Shown here: positions 49,745 through 61,988 of the stretch, piece by piece
Layout: each line of letters opens with the position of its first letter
Position numbering within the stretch: position 1 is the stretch's first letter
Translations under genes and position numbers: made by a program
NCBI RefSeq assembly: GCF_016433145.1
Contig: NC_058133.1
Coordinates: forward strand, 429,563,511-429,627,510
Direction of reading: 5' to 3'
Length of the DNA: 64,000 nucleotides
Source of the DNA: Gracilinanus agilis
Taxonomy: Eukaryota
The notes under the pieces: generated by a model
Database searches by the model: none
What the model was told of the DNA's origin: nothing
The model's input: the letters and a program-made list of their open reading frames with translations, nothing else

Positions 49745-50010
49745 ATGCCAAAGAGATCGTTTTCTGATAACCATCATTACCATGGCTGTTTGGCTGTTCC
49801 TGATGTCATTTAGGATTTTCTTGGCAAAGACTTTGGAATAGTTTATCAATTCCTTTGGATCATTTTGCAGATCAGGAAACTGAGACAAACAAGGTTAAAT
49901 TACCTGGGCAGGGTTACCCAGTTAGTAATGTCTGTGGCCAGATTTGAAAGCAGAGAGATGGGTCTTCCTGATTCCAGGTCCAGTACTCCATCCACTGCAC
50001 CAGTTACCTG
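49745..50010 (-). mobile_element. MAR1-type SINE
   Basis: ttttcttggcaaagactttggaatag...ggaaactgagacaaacaaggttaaat...ccatccactgcacc. Confidence 0.75.
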
Positions 50011-50059
50011 CCTCTAATCCTTTAATTGGTCATCTCTGTTCATTTGAGAACTATGATTA

Positions 50060-50469
50060 AAATTTTCCTCATTGTTTTTATTTTTAATAAATTTTTATTT
50101 CATTCATTCATTAAAAGATTCCAATTAAATATAACAACATTTATAAAAAAGTTGCGTTCCAAATTCTCTCCCTCTTTTCCTTACCTTTTCTTGAAAAGGC
50201 AAGCAATTTTCTATTAATTAAAAGTGAAGTGATGAAAACCATATTTCCATGTTAGTCAAGTCACAAAAGAAAAACTAAACAATAAAAATAAAGTTTAGAA
50301 ATGTTTCAGTCTGAATTCAGATTTAATCAGTTCTCTCTCTGGAGATGAATAGCATTTTTCATCATAATTCTTTGGAAATTGTCGAGTCATTTTCTTGATC
50401 AGAAAAGCTAAATCTTTTATAGTTCAAAGTCTTTACAATACTGCTGTTACCATGTTTAAAATATCTAAC

Positions 50470-50527
<58 letters not shown>

Positions 50528-50680
50528 TCTTCTAGTTCTGCTTACTTTACTTTGCATGAGTTCATACAAGTCTTCCAGTTTTTTTTCTGATACTATCCTG
50601 CTCCTCATTTATTAGTGTAATTTTATATTATCACAATCATATAAGACAACTTCTTCAGCCATTACAGAATAAGTAAATTA
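50060..50680 (-). mobile_element. L1-derived 3' end, antisense, containing (TCTA)n
   Basis: ttgcgttccaaattctctccctc; ctctctctggagatgaatagcatttttcatcat; ttctgcttactttactttgcatgagttcatacaagtc. Confidence 0.6.
50471..50526 (+). repeat. (TCTA)n microsatellite, 14 units
   Basis: Perfect tetranucleotide array. Confidence 0.98.
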
Positions 50681-51214
50681 ACTCAGGTAGAATTGTCATT
50701 TTTTTATTACTTTATTAGGTAGGTCAAACTATCAGCAATGAATATTTCTTTGTCTGTCTTTATTTTTAACTTGTTATTTTTAAAGTTTTTTTTTAAGTTG
50801 CAATCCAAATTCATTGATTTGACAGGAAGTCCCTTACTATATGTCAGTTTCAGTTTCAATCTGTAAAGATAGGAATCATAGAAGTGACCAAAGGGTTACC
50901 ACAAGGATCATATGTAATCACATGTAAAGCACTTTCCAAACCTCAGAATGCTATATAAATACTAGCAATCATAATTATAACATTATTTAATATATTTTGT
51001 GATAATAATTATGAATTATAATAATAATAGCAATGCTCCTTGGGAAATGCCTTCAAGTCTCATTTTCATTATCTATAAGAGAATACTGTTATTTTACAAT
51101 CACATCTTCTTTTCTAACAAAATTTATATTATCCTAGTTGACATCTATAATTAAATTTATCCTGGCCTAACATTCATCTGCTTAGTAAGTTGTATGCTCT
51201 TCATCAAGCAATTT

Positions 51215-51442
51215 CAGGGGTTTGCTGATAAATGTTTAATAACTAGTACACACACACAGACACACAATACAAAAATATGAAACATATTTTAAGTTTAATC
51301 TAGATTAATATTTCCATCAGTTTTTAAATTGTAGACAGTCAACAAAATATCAAGTCAAGCCCTGATTTATAGAATTCTTCAAAGCTGAGCATAGTTACAT
51401 CAAAATTTTAACAATTGATATGTTTGTGCTAGTACACCTCTG
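51215..51442. mobile_element. Non-autonomous hAT DNA-transposon remnant (Zaphod/Tip100-like)
   Basis: Imperfect terminal inverted repeats caggggtttgct...agtacacctctg; internal ttttaagtttaatct and tcaagccctgattt match a recalled consensus; no 8-bp TSD remains. Confidence 0.45.
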
Positions 51443-52051
51443 AATCTCTCTGTGACTGTTTCTTTACCTTGTAAAAAAGTAGAAATGTATAAGAAATAAA
51501 AGAATAAAGATTAATTTAACAAATAATTAAGGTCTTTCCCAACTCTTAACATTCTATAATCTTTGATTCACCAATGTTAACTCCAAATGTGTTCTGGTTG
51601 TTTCTAAAAATCAAGTTCAATTACTGCAACAAAAGATGAAGATAGGCTTCTGCTGAGGATATTCAAAAAAGTGCATTATAAGAAAATAATTAAAAATGGA
51701 TAATTCTCAAAATATCTTGGTTAATGATGTAATGATTGTATCAAGGGAATAAGTGTGATGCCTCCAAAATGATGTTTGAAGGGCACATTTTAGTACATAA
51801 TTTATAGAGTTTGTTTAAAGCTATGTAATTACTTTTTACATAGACAGAGATCCAAGATGTACATTTTAAAAGTATGTTGAATCCTTTCATAACTCAAGTT
51901 CTCATTCCAAATACATGCTTTTTATAATTCTAACTTAATAATTCTTTACCAATGCATGAACTTATTCTTTTAACATTTCCCTTGCCAAAGTATTATTGAG
52001 TGCAATTCTATTCAATATTTAAAATACCTATTCCCACATAAAAAAGTTTAA

Positions 52052-52702
52052 CCATGCATACCCTTTGATCCAGCAATACCACTACTAGGTTTGTACCCCA
52101 AAGAGATAAGAAGGAAAAATACTTGTACAAAAATATTCATAGCCACACGCTTTGTGTTAGCAAAAAATTGGAAAATAAGCAGGTGTCCCTTGATTGTGGA
52201 ATGACTGAACAAATTGTGGTATATGATGGTGATGGAATATAATCTGCTATAAGGAACAATAAACCATTTGATTTCCATATGAGCTGGAAAGACTTCCATG
52301 AGCTGATGCGGAATGAAATGAGCACAACCAGGAGAACACTGTAGACAGAAACTGAAACACTGTGGGAAGATCATATGTAATCAATTGCTACTGATAGCAA
52401 TGCAATGACCCAGGACAATCCTGAGGCACTTATGAGAAAGAATGCTATCCACATCAAGAGAAAGAACTATAGGTATAGAAACACAGAAGGAAAACATGTG
52501 ATTTTTTTTGTTTATATGAGTATTGAATGTGGGGTTTTGGTTTCTAAATGATTATTACAAAAATGGTTAATATGGAAATTGGTAATGAGTGGGAATACAT
52601 TTATAATCCAGTGAAATTGCTTTTTGGTTATAGGAGGAAGTAAGGGGGAAAAGGTGAGGGAAAGTACATGAATCATGTAACCATGTAAAATACTTAAATT
52701 TA
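52052..52702 (+). mobile_element. Younger opossum-type L1, 5'-truncated 3' end
   Basis: ORF2 C-terminus and 3'UTR; 12-bp TSD aaaaaagtttaa at 52040-52051 and 52703-52714. Confidence 0.92.
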
Positions 52703-53774
52703 AAAAAAGTTTAAACATATTTGCTCTTTTAGCATATTTTTAAATAAGGTAATAGCAATATAAGCAAATAGAAGTGAAAAGTTGAGATTTTTGGCTCAAT
52801 TATCTATATTTATAAAAAAGTTTAGAATAAATTAACTGCATAATGTTTTCAATTTTTTACTTCATTTGGCATGGCAAAATTTTTGTACTATGGGACCTAA
52901 CCCACTCTTTCAGAATGTATCAAGTGTTTGGTTTTTTTTCCTGATAGTTTGTTAAAGAATTCTTTCTTTAGACTTACTGCCTAAATACAAAGGATTAAGG
53001 ACACTTATCAAAGCTATAACATTATCAAAATAAAGCCTAGATATAGAGAAACTGATCATCTATTTGATATGATTTTGGGGATGGCATTAAGTACTTACCA
53101 GCCTAGAAGGATAATGCTATTTACTCTAGATTTTCCACCATTAAAATAATGCATCTGGATTGAAATGTTTTCTTAAGATAGTAGAGATAATAGGATCAAT
53201 AAATATTTTAAAATAATGGGTCAGACCTGGACATGTTTTTAGGCAGCAAGGGAGTCAATAAAGAGAGAGGAATGGAACCATTCTTCTATTCTTCTAATTA
53301 AGACAAGCAATTTGATACTGATTAAAAATATGAAGTCACAAAAAACCATATATCCGTGTTAGAGATATTATAAAAGAAAACGAACAAAATAAAAACAAAT
53401 AAAAGGAAAGGAAGTTTTTTAAAAGTATCCCCTCTCTTACATCATCACGCTTCCTGTCTGCCTCCATTTTTACAAGAGGAATCATGGGAAATGTAATTTT
53501 CCAAAGTCCCCTTAAATGTCCACAAGAAGTTTGTCAAACACTATATTGATACATGTATTGAGGCTCAATCCTTCCAAATGGAAGCCCAGGTGATTTTAAT
53601 TAACACATTACCCCCCTGTGATCCTTTGGGAGACAAGTCACTGCTCTCTCTTGGCCTTCATTTTGGTTCTTACCAGGAAGGACACCTGATCTCTTGGCAC
53701 TAGAAATAACGCTACTTTTTAGGGTTCCCTGTTCCATTAAGACCAGAAGCCAAATTACTCCTCAGTACTTCCAC

Positions 53775-53955
53775 TACCTCTTTCTTTTTTAAATTCTAGC
53801 TTCTGTCTCAGAATTGATACTAAGTACCAGTTCTAAAGCAGAAGGGCAGTAAGAATAGCAATTAGGGTTAAGTGGCTTCCCCAAGGTCACACATCTAGGA
53901 AGCATCTAAGGTAAAATTTAAAACCAGGTCTTCTAATCTCCACACCTGGTTTTCT
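53775..53955 (-). mobile_element. Older didelphid CORE-SINE
   Basis: ctcagaattgatactaagtaccagttctaaagcagaag...ccccaaggtcacacatctaggaag...tctatccactg. Confidence 0.75.
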
Positions 53956-54869
53956 ATCCACTGTTCTACCTTGTTTATCCTTCCATTCCCCCTTGAATAA
54001 AAATGCCCCTTTCTAACTTTGAAATATGCCCCAGAAATTAAAGTGCAGTCACCCAATGGAGCCAGTATCTGAACCTCCATCATATTCTAGCATGGTGGTC
54101 CCTTGTAATTTCTTTCTAGCCATTTCAAGATCTCCTCATGGTCCCTGGCTTGAGAGCTCCTGAAGCTACTGTTGCTTCTGTCATCACCCCTAGTCCCACC
54201 AATGTTGTTTCATCCATGTGAACTCTGGGTCATACTCCACCCTGGTGGCACAGATCTCTATTTCCAGATTTTTATAGTATGGATCCACATAAAGTTCGAT
54301 ACTATTCTAACTTCATTTTCAAAAAGAAAGAGGGTGGGATTAGATAACTACAACACCCAATGAATAACCTTACATTTACATTGATTCTAATATGAGTTAA
54401 ATACTTTCAATTCTGTGCTGGTGGGGTTATTTAATATATCTCAGCAATATAGTAGAATACCTTAGGACAGATAAAGAAGAGAACTGGGAAGATTACATTT
54501 ATGAAGGTCAGTGAGGGGCACTTGTAGTCATGCTCTAATTATCTCAAATTGTTGAAAAATTGAGTTGTGTCCCATGAGCAGAGAATAGAATAAAAAAATC
54601 TCATAAGTATCTGGCCTCGGTCTACCATTTTTTAAGATTAATGATCCTAATCGTCCTATACAGATAATCATTACTGATATAACTGATAAGAATCCTTAAT
54701 GACCATGTTTGTTCAAATACTCATCTTTATAATAATATTTATTTCAATATTATAACTTCCTAATTAATATGTAAGGTCTTGAATTTAGTATGAACACAGG
54801 AAAGAATAACGTTTGTGGAATCCATTGCTATACTCATCCTGTTCTACATGAATGCTCTAGAATGACTGG

Positions 54870-55220
54870 GAATTATGGCACCAGTCAAGGAGAGAGAAAT
54901 AAATAATCTAATCCACTCAGAGGTTCCTGCCTTTTTCTTCTACACGAATCAAAATGGGCATAGGAAAAACAAAGATAGGTATTATTGATGGAAGTGTAGC
55001 TCACATTATTAGCTATGTCCCATGAGGCTACACCAACCTAACCTCCCACAAAGTGACTGACTTTTTTTTAGTGTTGGGGAGTGATTAATGATAAATTGTA
55101 TTGATGTATATACATTTGGAATGTTGCCAAGGCTCCCTAATGTGCTTTAATACAGCTAATTCCAAAGGGATCAGATTCACTAACCTCATGACTAGATTAC
55201 AAATTTTGTTTTTTCATTTG
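54870..55220 (+). mobile_element. L3/CR1 RT fragment, heavily decayed
   Basis: Resembles the NLISFFD.V...D.G..VD.IYLDF region; weak. Confidence 0.4.
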
Positions 55221-55499
55221 AAGAAGAAATTAGTTTAACAACAGGAGACACATTCTTTATTTTTCTTTATTATTGAATAAAAGAATTTCATTATTTTATT
55301 GTTAGAACCCTTTCTTTTTTCATATTTCGGTGGTAAAATGAGAAAGTTTATGAATAAAAGGCTTATTTTCTGCTGCTGTATGTCACAATGTTTTCCCTTT
55401 TGTTTTCATACATTCTTTTAGGTATATAATTTTACCTTACTCTCTTACCTTAGAGTTATCAAGCCAGATATAGGTTAATGCTTTTACTCATGCTTGCAA

Positions 55500-55700
55500 G
55501 TTATATTAACATATACTTGTAGATCACTATCAGTCAGTTCATCATCATTTACCAAGTACTATATACTAGGCACTGTGATAAATACAGGTGATACAAACAA
55601 AAGTGAAAATGTGGTCCTTTCCTTCAAGGAGATCTTATTTAAATGGGCAAGAATATGCTTACAATAAGGATCAACCACCTGTACATGTGAGTGAGAAGTA
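55500..55700 (-). mobile_element. L2 3' terminus, antisense
   Basis: catttaccaagtactatatactaggcactgtgataaatacaggtgatacaaac...ccttcaaggagatctta. Confidence 0.6.
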
Positions 55701-55904
55701 ATCTCAAAAGAAACTATCCCAAGGCCTTAAAACTCTTTAGAAAAGCACTAGCCAAAAAAGAAATTAATATATGAGTCAAATGAATAAAAACTGAAGTATT
55801 ATCTTTAATTCTTAAATAACATATACTCTTGTTATAAAAGGTTTTTGTTAAATTTAGCTTGGGAGATTGGATGGATTTTCTTCAAAGACATATAAATAGT
55901 CAAA

Positions 55905-58230
55905 TTGGAGTTGGAGCCAAGATGGCAGAGTAGAGGAAGAAAGCCTAAGTCTCTTTCAAAATCTTTTCCAATAAACCTTAAAATAAAGCTTCAAAATAAA
56001 TACAAAATTGTCAGAAATAATAAAGGGAAGGAGTGAGGAAATTTCCCTTCAGAAGATAACTTGGAATGTAACTCTTTTCCACTTTTCATGCCAATTTTCT
56101 TCTTTCTCATAATCTCAGATTTGAACTCTTTAAGAGCTTGTGAACAATTTCCAATGTTTTTGAAAGGTTTGGATGTGTTTACTTGTTTGTCATCCTTTGC
56201 TATCTCCTCTGCAGTCTCAATATTTTTCTCCATAAAAATTATCCAGGGTCAATGCCTTTCTTTCCCTTGTTCTTTTTGGTGGTTGAAGATTGTATTTCTT
56301 AGCCATTGCTGGTCATTGCTATGCTGTTTTTTCCTTCTCTGCCCTACCAGAAGTCTTAGTGAGAAGGGCAAGCACTCTGTGTATGGAGCTAAGGAGCGGG
56401 TTTTTGCTGGAGGCTACTTTCTAAGTCTCCATGGCTTCTACTGTGTGCCACCCCTCTCCACTCTACCTCCCTGTCCAAGATCCACACTCTTCAGCCTCCT
56501 GGAGATCCAAGTCTAGTGGTTCTCAGGGGTAAGTCTCTGGTGTTCTTAGTCAGCCCCCAAGAACTTAGAGATTACTGCTTGCTTGCTCTGATTCTGGAAC
56601 TCTGGTTCTGACTCTGGCACTGTAGATGGGCTGGGGGAGGGTTTATCAGCTCCTGTTTTGGTGGGAGCTTTTTCACCCCCTTATAGCATGGAAATGCCCA
56701 AATCCCATGTACTGTCAATGCTACGCTATACTGTGGAGCCCCTTCATTCATCTGAACTTGATTTTTTGTTCTTTTGAGGCAATTTGAAGGTGGAAAGGAG
56801 AGAAAGAGTCCTACCTCTATATTGCAGCCATCTTAACCCAGAAGAGGAATATGATATTCCAGAAATCAAAGGAAATAGGTTTACAAAGAATCGCTTACTT
56901 AGCAAAACTTAATGCATTTTTTCAGAAAAAAAATAATGGTCATTTATTGATATGGAGGATTTCCTGGCATTCCTGATAAAAAGACCAGACCTGAACAGCA
57001 AATATGATTTTCAAATAGAAGACTCAAGAGGAACATAAAAAGATAAACAGTAAAGAAATAATTTAAGAGGTTCAATAAGGATGAACTGTTTATATCCATA
57101 TGTAGGAAGACGATACCTCTAATTCTTTAGAATTCTATGTTTATTGGGAAGTTAGAAGGAGAACACATAAAAAGAGTGTTTAACAGTAGGTTGACTATAA
57201 TGAAATAATATCCAAAAGTAAATCAAGGGGCAAAAAGAGGATTGCATTATGAGAAGAAGGGAGCGAGAGGTAGAGTGGGATAAATTATCTCATATAAGGA
57301 GGCACAAAGAAAGTTATTATAGTGGAGGAGAAGATGAGGGTGATGGTATACAATGCTTAAACTGTATTCTCATTGGAACTGGCTCAAAGAAGGAATAATA
57401 TCCATACTTAGTTCAGGATAGAAATTTATCTTACTCTTTTGTAAACTATGAGAGGAATAAGAAAAGAAGGAGCTACTAGAAGGGAGGGTGATTTAGGGGT
57501 GGTGGTGGTTGGAAGCAAAATGCCAATGAGGAGGGGATGTAGTTAAAGGAGAGAGATAGAGCAGCACCAAAAGGGGAAAGTAATATGAGATGGAATATTC
57601 AGTTGGTAATTAAAACTGTGAATGTGAATGGGATAATCTCACTCATAAAATAGTAAATGAAAGAAGAGTGGATTAAAAAGCAAAATCCTACTATTAATTC
57701 TTTAGAAGAAACACATTTGAACTAGACACACACAGTAAAAATAAAGCACTAGAGTAGAATCTTTTATATTTCAGCTGAAGTAAAGAAAAAAAAGCAAGGG
57801 TAGCAATCATAATCTCAAACAAAGTTAAAGGGAAAATAGATCTAATTAAAAGAGTTATTGAAAGAAAAAACATCCTGATTAAAAAAACGATAGTCAGTGA
57901 AGTATGTCAGTGCTAACAAATATGCACCAAATGCCATAGAATCCATATTTTATAAATAAAATTAAATAAGCTACAGGAAGAAATAGAAAGTAAAACTATA
58001 CTACAAGGGGCCTTCTACTTTGCCCTCTCAGAACTGGATAAATCCAACCAAAAATAAACAAGAAAAAAAAAGATAAAGTTGAATGTAATTTTAGAAAAGT
58101 AAGATTTAAGAGATGTCTAGAAAAAATTAAATGGGTATAGAAAGGAATATATATTTTCAATATACCTACACAAAAATGGACCATATATTAGGGCACAAAA
58201 ACCTCTCAATCAAATATAGAAAGGCAGACA
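55905..58230 (+). mobile_element. L1: 5' tip, end of ORF1, spacer and ORF2 endonuclease; interrupted by an antisense L1
   Basis: Start ggagccaagatggcagagtag; ORF1 end cctgataaaaagaccagacctgaacag; endonuclease TVNVNG...WIKKQNPT...EETHL from ~57605. Confidence 0.8.
56070..56845 (-). mobile_element. Antisense L1 5'UTR + start of ORF1 only
   Basis: 5' terminus gcagccatcttaacccagaag (reverse complement of ttctgggttaagatggctgc); antisense ORF1 start. Confidence 0.7.
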
Positions 58231-60002
58231 GGGCAAGGAGCAAGATGAAACAAAAGCCCCAAAATGTCTATTCAGAGTAATATTCCTATTTGTGAACTAA
58301 ATGTAGCAACACTTTTGATTAATATTAATTTTAGTATTCCAAATATATAATTAAATGAAAATACAAGAAACAGATCAGAGGAGGTAACTTATAAAAAAGA
58401 TAATACTTTAAGCAAGAATTTTAAGGGAAATATAATGAATAAAATCTTAAAACTGCAACCTTAATTATTAAAAAATAATAGTACAAGGTGTTCCAAGATC
58501 CTGCATTTGAGAAGAAGAACTGGGCTTAATGTTATTACCTGGGTTATAGAGACATGTCTTCCCTAATGGTTTCATGTGCTACAGTGATTAGGCTCAGAGC
58601 CAATAGACAGCTGCTAATAAGAATCCTCTTGGGTTCTATTTGGACCCTTTGCATCATTTAAACCTGTTACATATTTTCATTCTTCTAAAACCCTGTTTAG
58701 TTGTTGCTTTCTCCTATAATAACATGAAAGAGATGGGGCAAAGCAAAATAACCTAAAAGAACATAATATTTTTTTCTCAGATTCAGTCACTTTGAAACTT
58801 CTTTTACTTTTCAGTGATTCTTCAGCTTTTATGACTTTTATCATTCACTATTATCCTCTCATAATCAACACAGAGCAAGTAATGAAATGCACAATGTCCT
58901 TTAGGACCAAAGCTTTTGTGTGCTCACTAATTAGCTTCCTAAGCTCTCTGCCTATAGGGAAGTTGGAGCTAGGCCTGAGAGTTAATGGTTTGGAGATGAA
59001 ATTCATATTCATTTGTATATAATGTATTTAATGTGAATTTCCCCTACATTTGAAAGGATTTCCAAAGATGCTTCAATTTCTGTTAGTCATTTTTTCAATT
59101 GCCTTCCCCATCCATCTTAGTGATTACACACACTCATGCACAAATCTCACTCTCATATTAAAGTTTAAAATAAACCTTAATAATTCAGGGACAATGATTG
59201 GATAGGATCCTTATTTAGGAAGTAGTTGAAACAACTGTTTCTATTTGTAGGAAAAAAATATTTGAAAACTATGGACTTTACAAGAATACTGAGAAGATAA
59301 ATTATTATGAGGAAAACCGAGTTCCTCCAAAAAAATATAAAGCAACAACAAGCAAATATAAAATATAACATTGAGGTTTTCTGAAATTGTTTTTAATTTT
59401 AATAAGCCCATTTTCCCCCAGATACATATTATATACATTTGTGCAGAGTTTGAATTTTTTTAATTTTAGGGTTTCTTTCTTTGTTCCCTTTCTTTGTAGC
59501 CGTGATATATTGTTTGCACATAAGAAATGTAAGTTAACAGTCTAACATAATTTCTAGTTATGAAATATTCTTACTATATATAAATAAAGTTTATCTTTGG
59601 TGAACTAGTACTTTCTTTGGTCATTTTTTACTTGCTGAGAAATGGAATTTTTAAAGAGTGGGAAAATTACTCTTTAGCAATAAGCAATGTTTACAAAATT
59701 GCTTAATATTTTTCAAAACAATAAATTTCTAAGATGTCAAGATTATGCCTAGCCAACAAATTGATAGGATTGATAGATTGATAAGTATATTGTTCCTTTA
59801 AGAAGTTTTAAATAATCCCTTTATATTTATTTTCATTTTATTTTATCAGAGTGATATTTATTTTTTAATTCAAATCATGATCAATTGAAATAATTTCTAT
59901 TCTGACTTCATCTGGAATTTTTAAAACGTGATCAGTGAATAAAGTGATATGACAAACCCAGTGCTAGACTTTAAGGAGTTTAGATTTTAAAATGGTCTTT
60001 AG

Positions 60003-60186
60003 TGGGCAGCTGGGTAGCATAGTGGATTGAGAGTCAGGCCTAGAGATGGGAGGTCCTATGTTCAAATTCAGCCTCAGACACTTCCCAGCTGTGTGACCCT
60101 GGGCAAGTCACTTGACCCCCACTGCCCACCCTTACCACTCTTCCACCTAGGAGCCAATACACAGAAGTTAAGGGTTTAAAGAAATA
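60003..60186 (+). mobile_element. SINE1_Mdo-type SINE
   Basis: gggcagctgggtagcatagtggattgagagtcaggcc...aagggtttaaa; 14-bp TSD aaaatggtctttag at 59989-60002 and 60187-60200. Confidence 0.95.
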
Positions 60187-60573
60187 AAAATGGTCTTTAG
60201 GTTTTTTCTAGTCTATCTGTCTTATTTTACTATTGAGAAAAGTGAGTCACAGAAAGGTGAAAAAATTCAAGTAATATGATCAGTAGATGGAAGAGAAAAT
60301 CAGATGTTTTGGCTAAAGTTCACTGTTCTTTAAAATATTCATTTTTATTATAGAGAATATATTCTTTGAGAAAATTGAAACGATGAGAGAGTACCAACCT
60401 TTTAATTAGGACTTTTGGCTATACTTTCCAGTAGGTAGTCAAGCCTTTTTGTCTCATGGAGGAGCTCCATGACAGGATGACTGGCCCTGACTATTCTCAG
60501 TTGGAATATTGGGAAAAGTTATACCTTTCTGTTGGCCTACTTAAAAAACAATCTTTGTTTGAAGACTGTTTTC

Positions 60574-60722
60574 NNNNNNNNNNNNNNNNNNNNNNNNNNN
60601 NNNNNNNNNNNNNNNNNNNNNNNNNNNNNNNNNNNNNNNNNNNNNNNNNNNNNNNNNNNNNNNNNNNNNNNNNNNNNNNNNNNNNNNNNNNNNNNNNNNN
60701 NNNNNNNNNNNNNNNNNNNNNN
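60574..60722. other. Assembly gap (149 N)
   Basis: Run of N. Confidence 1.
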
Positions 60723-61004
60723 GTATAGCAAAGACTTGTGGCAATGTATAATTATAATTTGTTCCTCAGAACTCTAAATCCCAGCATCCCACTTTCCTTC
60801 TCACATCATGTCCTTATGTTTTGGAGATAAACTTTGTTTGTGACACTGCCTCTCGCTCTTTTCCCATGTGTGTGGCTGGGAAAACTTTTCTTAACTCAGG
60901 TTTTTACTTTTGTTCTTTTTTTATTTCTTGAATTTTAAGTGATTATTAAAAAATCTTATAAAATATAATACTTGGAGTTATTGGATATTAATTTAAATCT
61001 TACA
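60723..61004 (+). mobile_element. ERV 5' LTR, 3' part; left edge unresolved, in or before the gap
   Basis: Ends ...ttggatattaatttaaatcttaCA immediately before a PBS-like sequence; ATTAAA at ~60945. Confidence 0.7.
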
Positions 61005-61988
61005 TTGTTGGCAAACCACCTCAGAAGATAGAATCCTTGATCTTTTTTAAGACATTCTTTGCACAAAGATAGGTAGTTTTCCTGGTGGTGGGGACCCACC
61101 CACCATGAGAGCCAGTGCCTCCCTGGCTGTTGCCTCCCATGGCTGATTCCCCAAGACTCCTGGGTGAAAGGTAAAGTTTATATTTCCCCTATATTGCTAA
61201 CAACTGAGTGGTTGGCACTGGCCCCCTGCCTCTCACAGTCCCAAAACCCATAATCACATGAGTTTAACACCATTAGTTTCTTGTCAGCTTGGAGCAGGAG
61301 AGCATCCCCTTATACACTGCCCACCCTACCCCTCCCTCCTAACTTCCAAGCCAATTTTTAAGCTGAAACTGGGGGTTTTCATACTCCTGGCTGAGAGGGT
61401 AGTAACTGATGGGTTAGCCCATACAGGGGTCTCCCATGCCACCCTTTACACCATAATACTCAGCCTAACACAGCAGGGAGGGACAGGTAGCAGGTCAGTG
61501 GATTAGAAGACAGAATTTTGGTAATTAGTCTCTCTGGTTTCCTGACCCATACATCAGGTGGAGCCTTTATTCTCTATTCAAATACCCTCTTGTTCTCCCT
61601 GGTGTTTTTGCCCCTGGGGTGATGAGAAGGAAGAATACTCTTCCAAACCTTTTAGTTAACTCCTGAGGGTTTTTTTTTTAACCTTCAAGTAAGTGTCTTT
61701 TGTTTTCCCTGAAATCAAAAGTGATAGAACTTATCTGAGGGGTAATGATGTTACAAAGCATAGTTAAAATTCTAAGGCAATGGTTGGCAACTTTTTTGGC
61801 CATGAGAGCCATAAATGCCTGTGGAAAGAAGAGGATGGAGGCAGAAGGCGCTAGAATATGGGGTGGGGACTGAAGGGCCGCCTCAGGGAACATCCTGGGG
61901 CTCTGCCCAGACTGGCCATTGGGAGGTGGAGCCAGATATTGCTGGAGAGTCATATGTTGCTGACCCTTGCTCTAAGAGAACAATTTTT

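Noticed and set aside
56061-56516. 151-aa hydrophobic ORF
   Set aside because: Antisense reading of a T-rich L1 ORF1/5'UTR.
60454-60472. 8-bp hairpin tcatggag-gag-ctccatga
   Set aside because: A stem this short is expected by chance in 64 kb.
60320-60573. Sequence left of the second gap as the 5' part of the LTR
   Set aside because: No clear TG start or TSD can be fixed without the 3' LTR; left unassigned.
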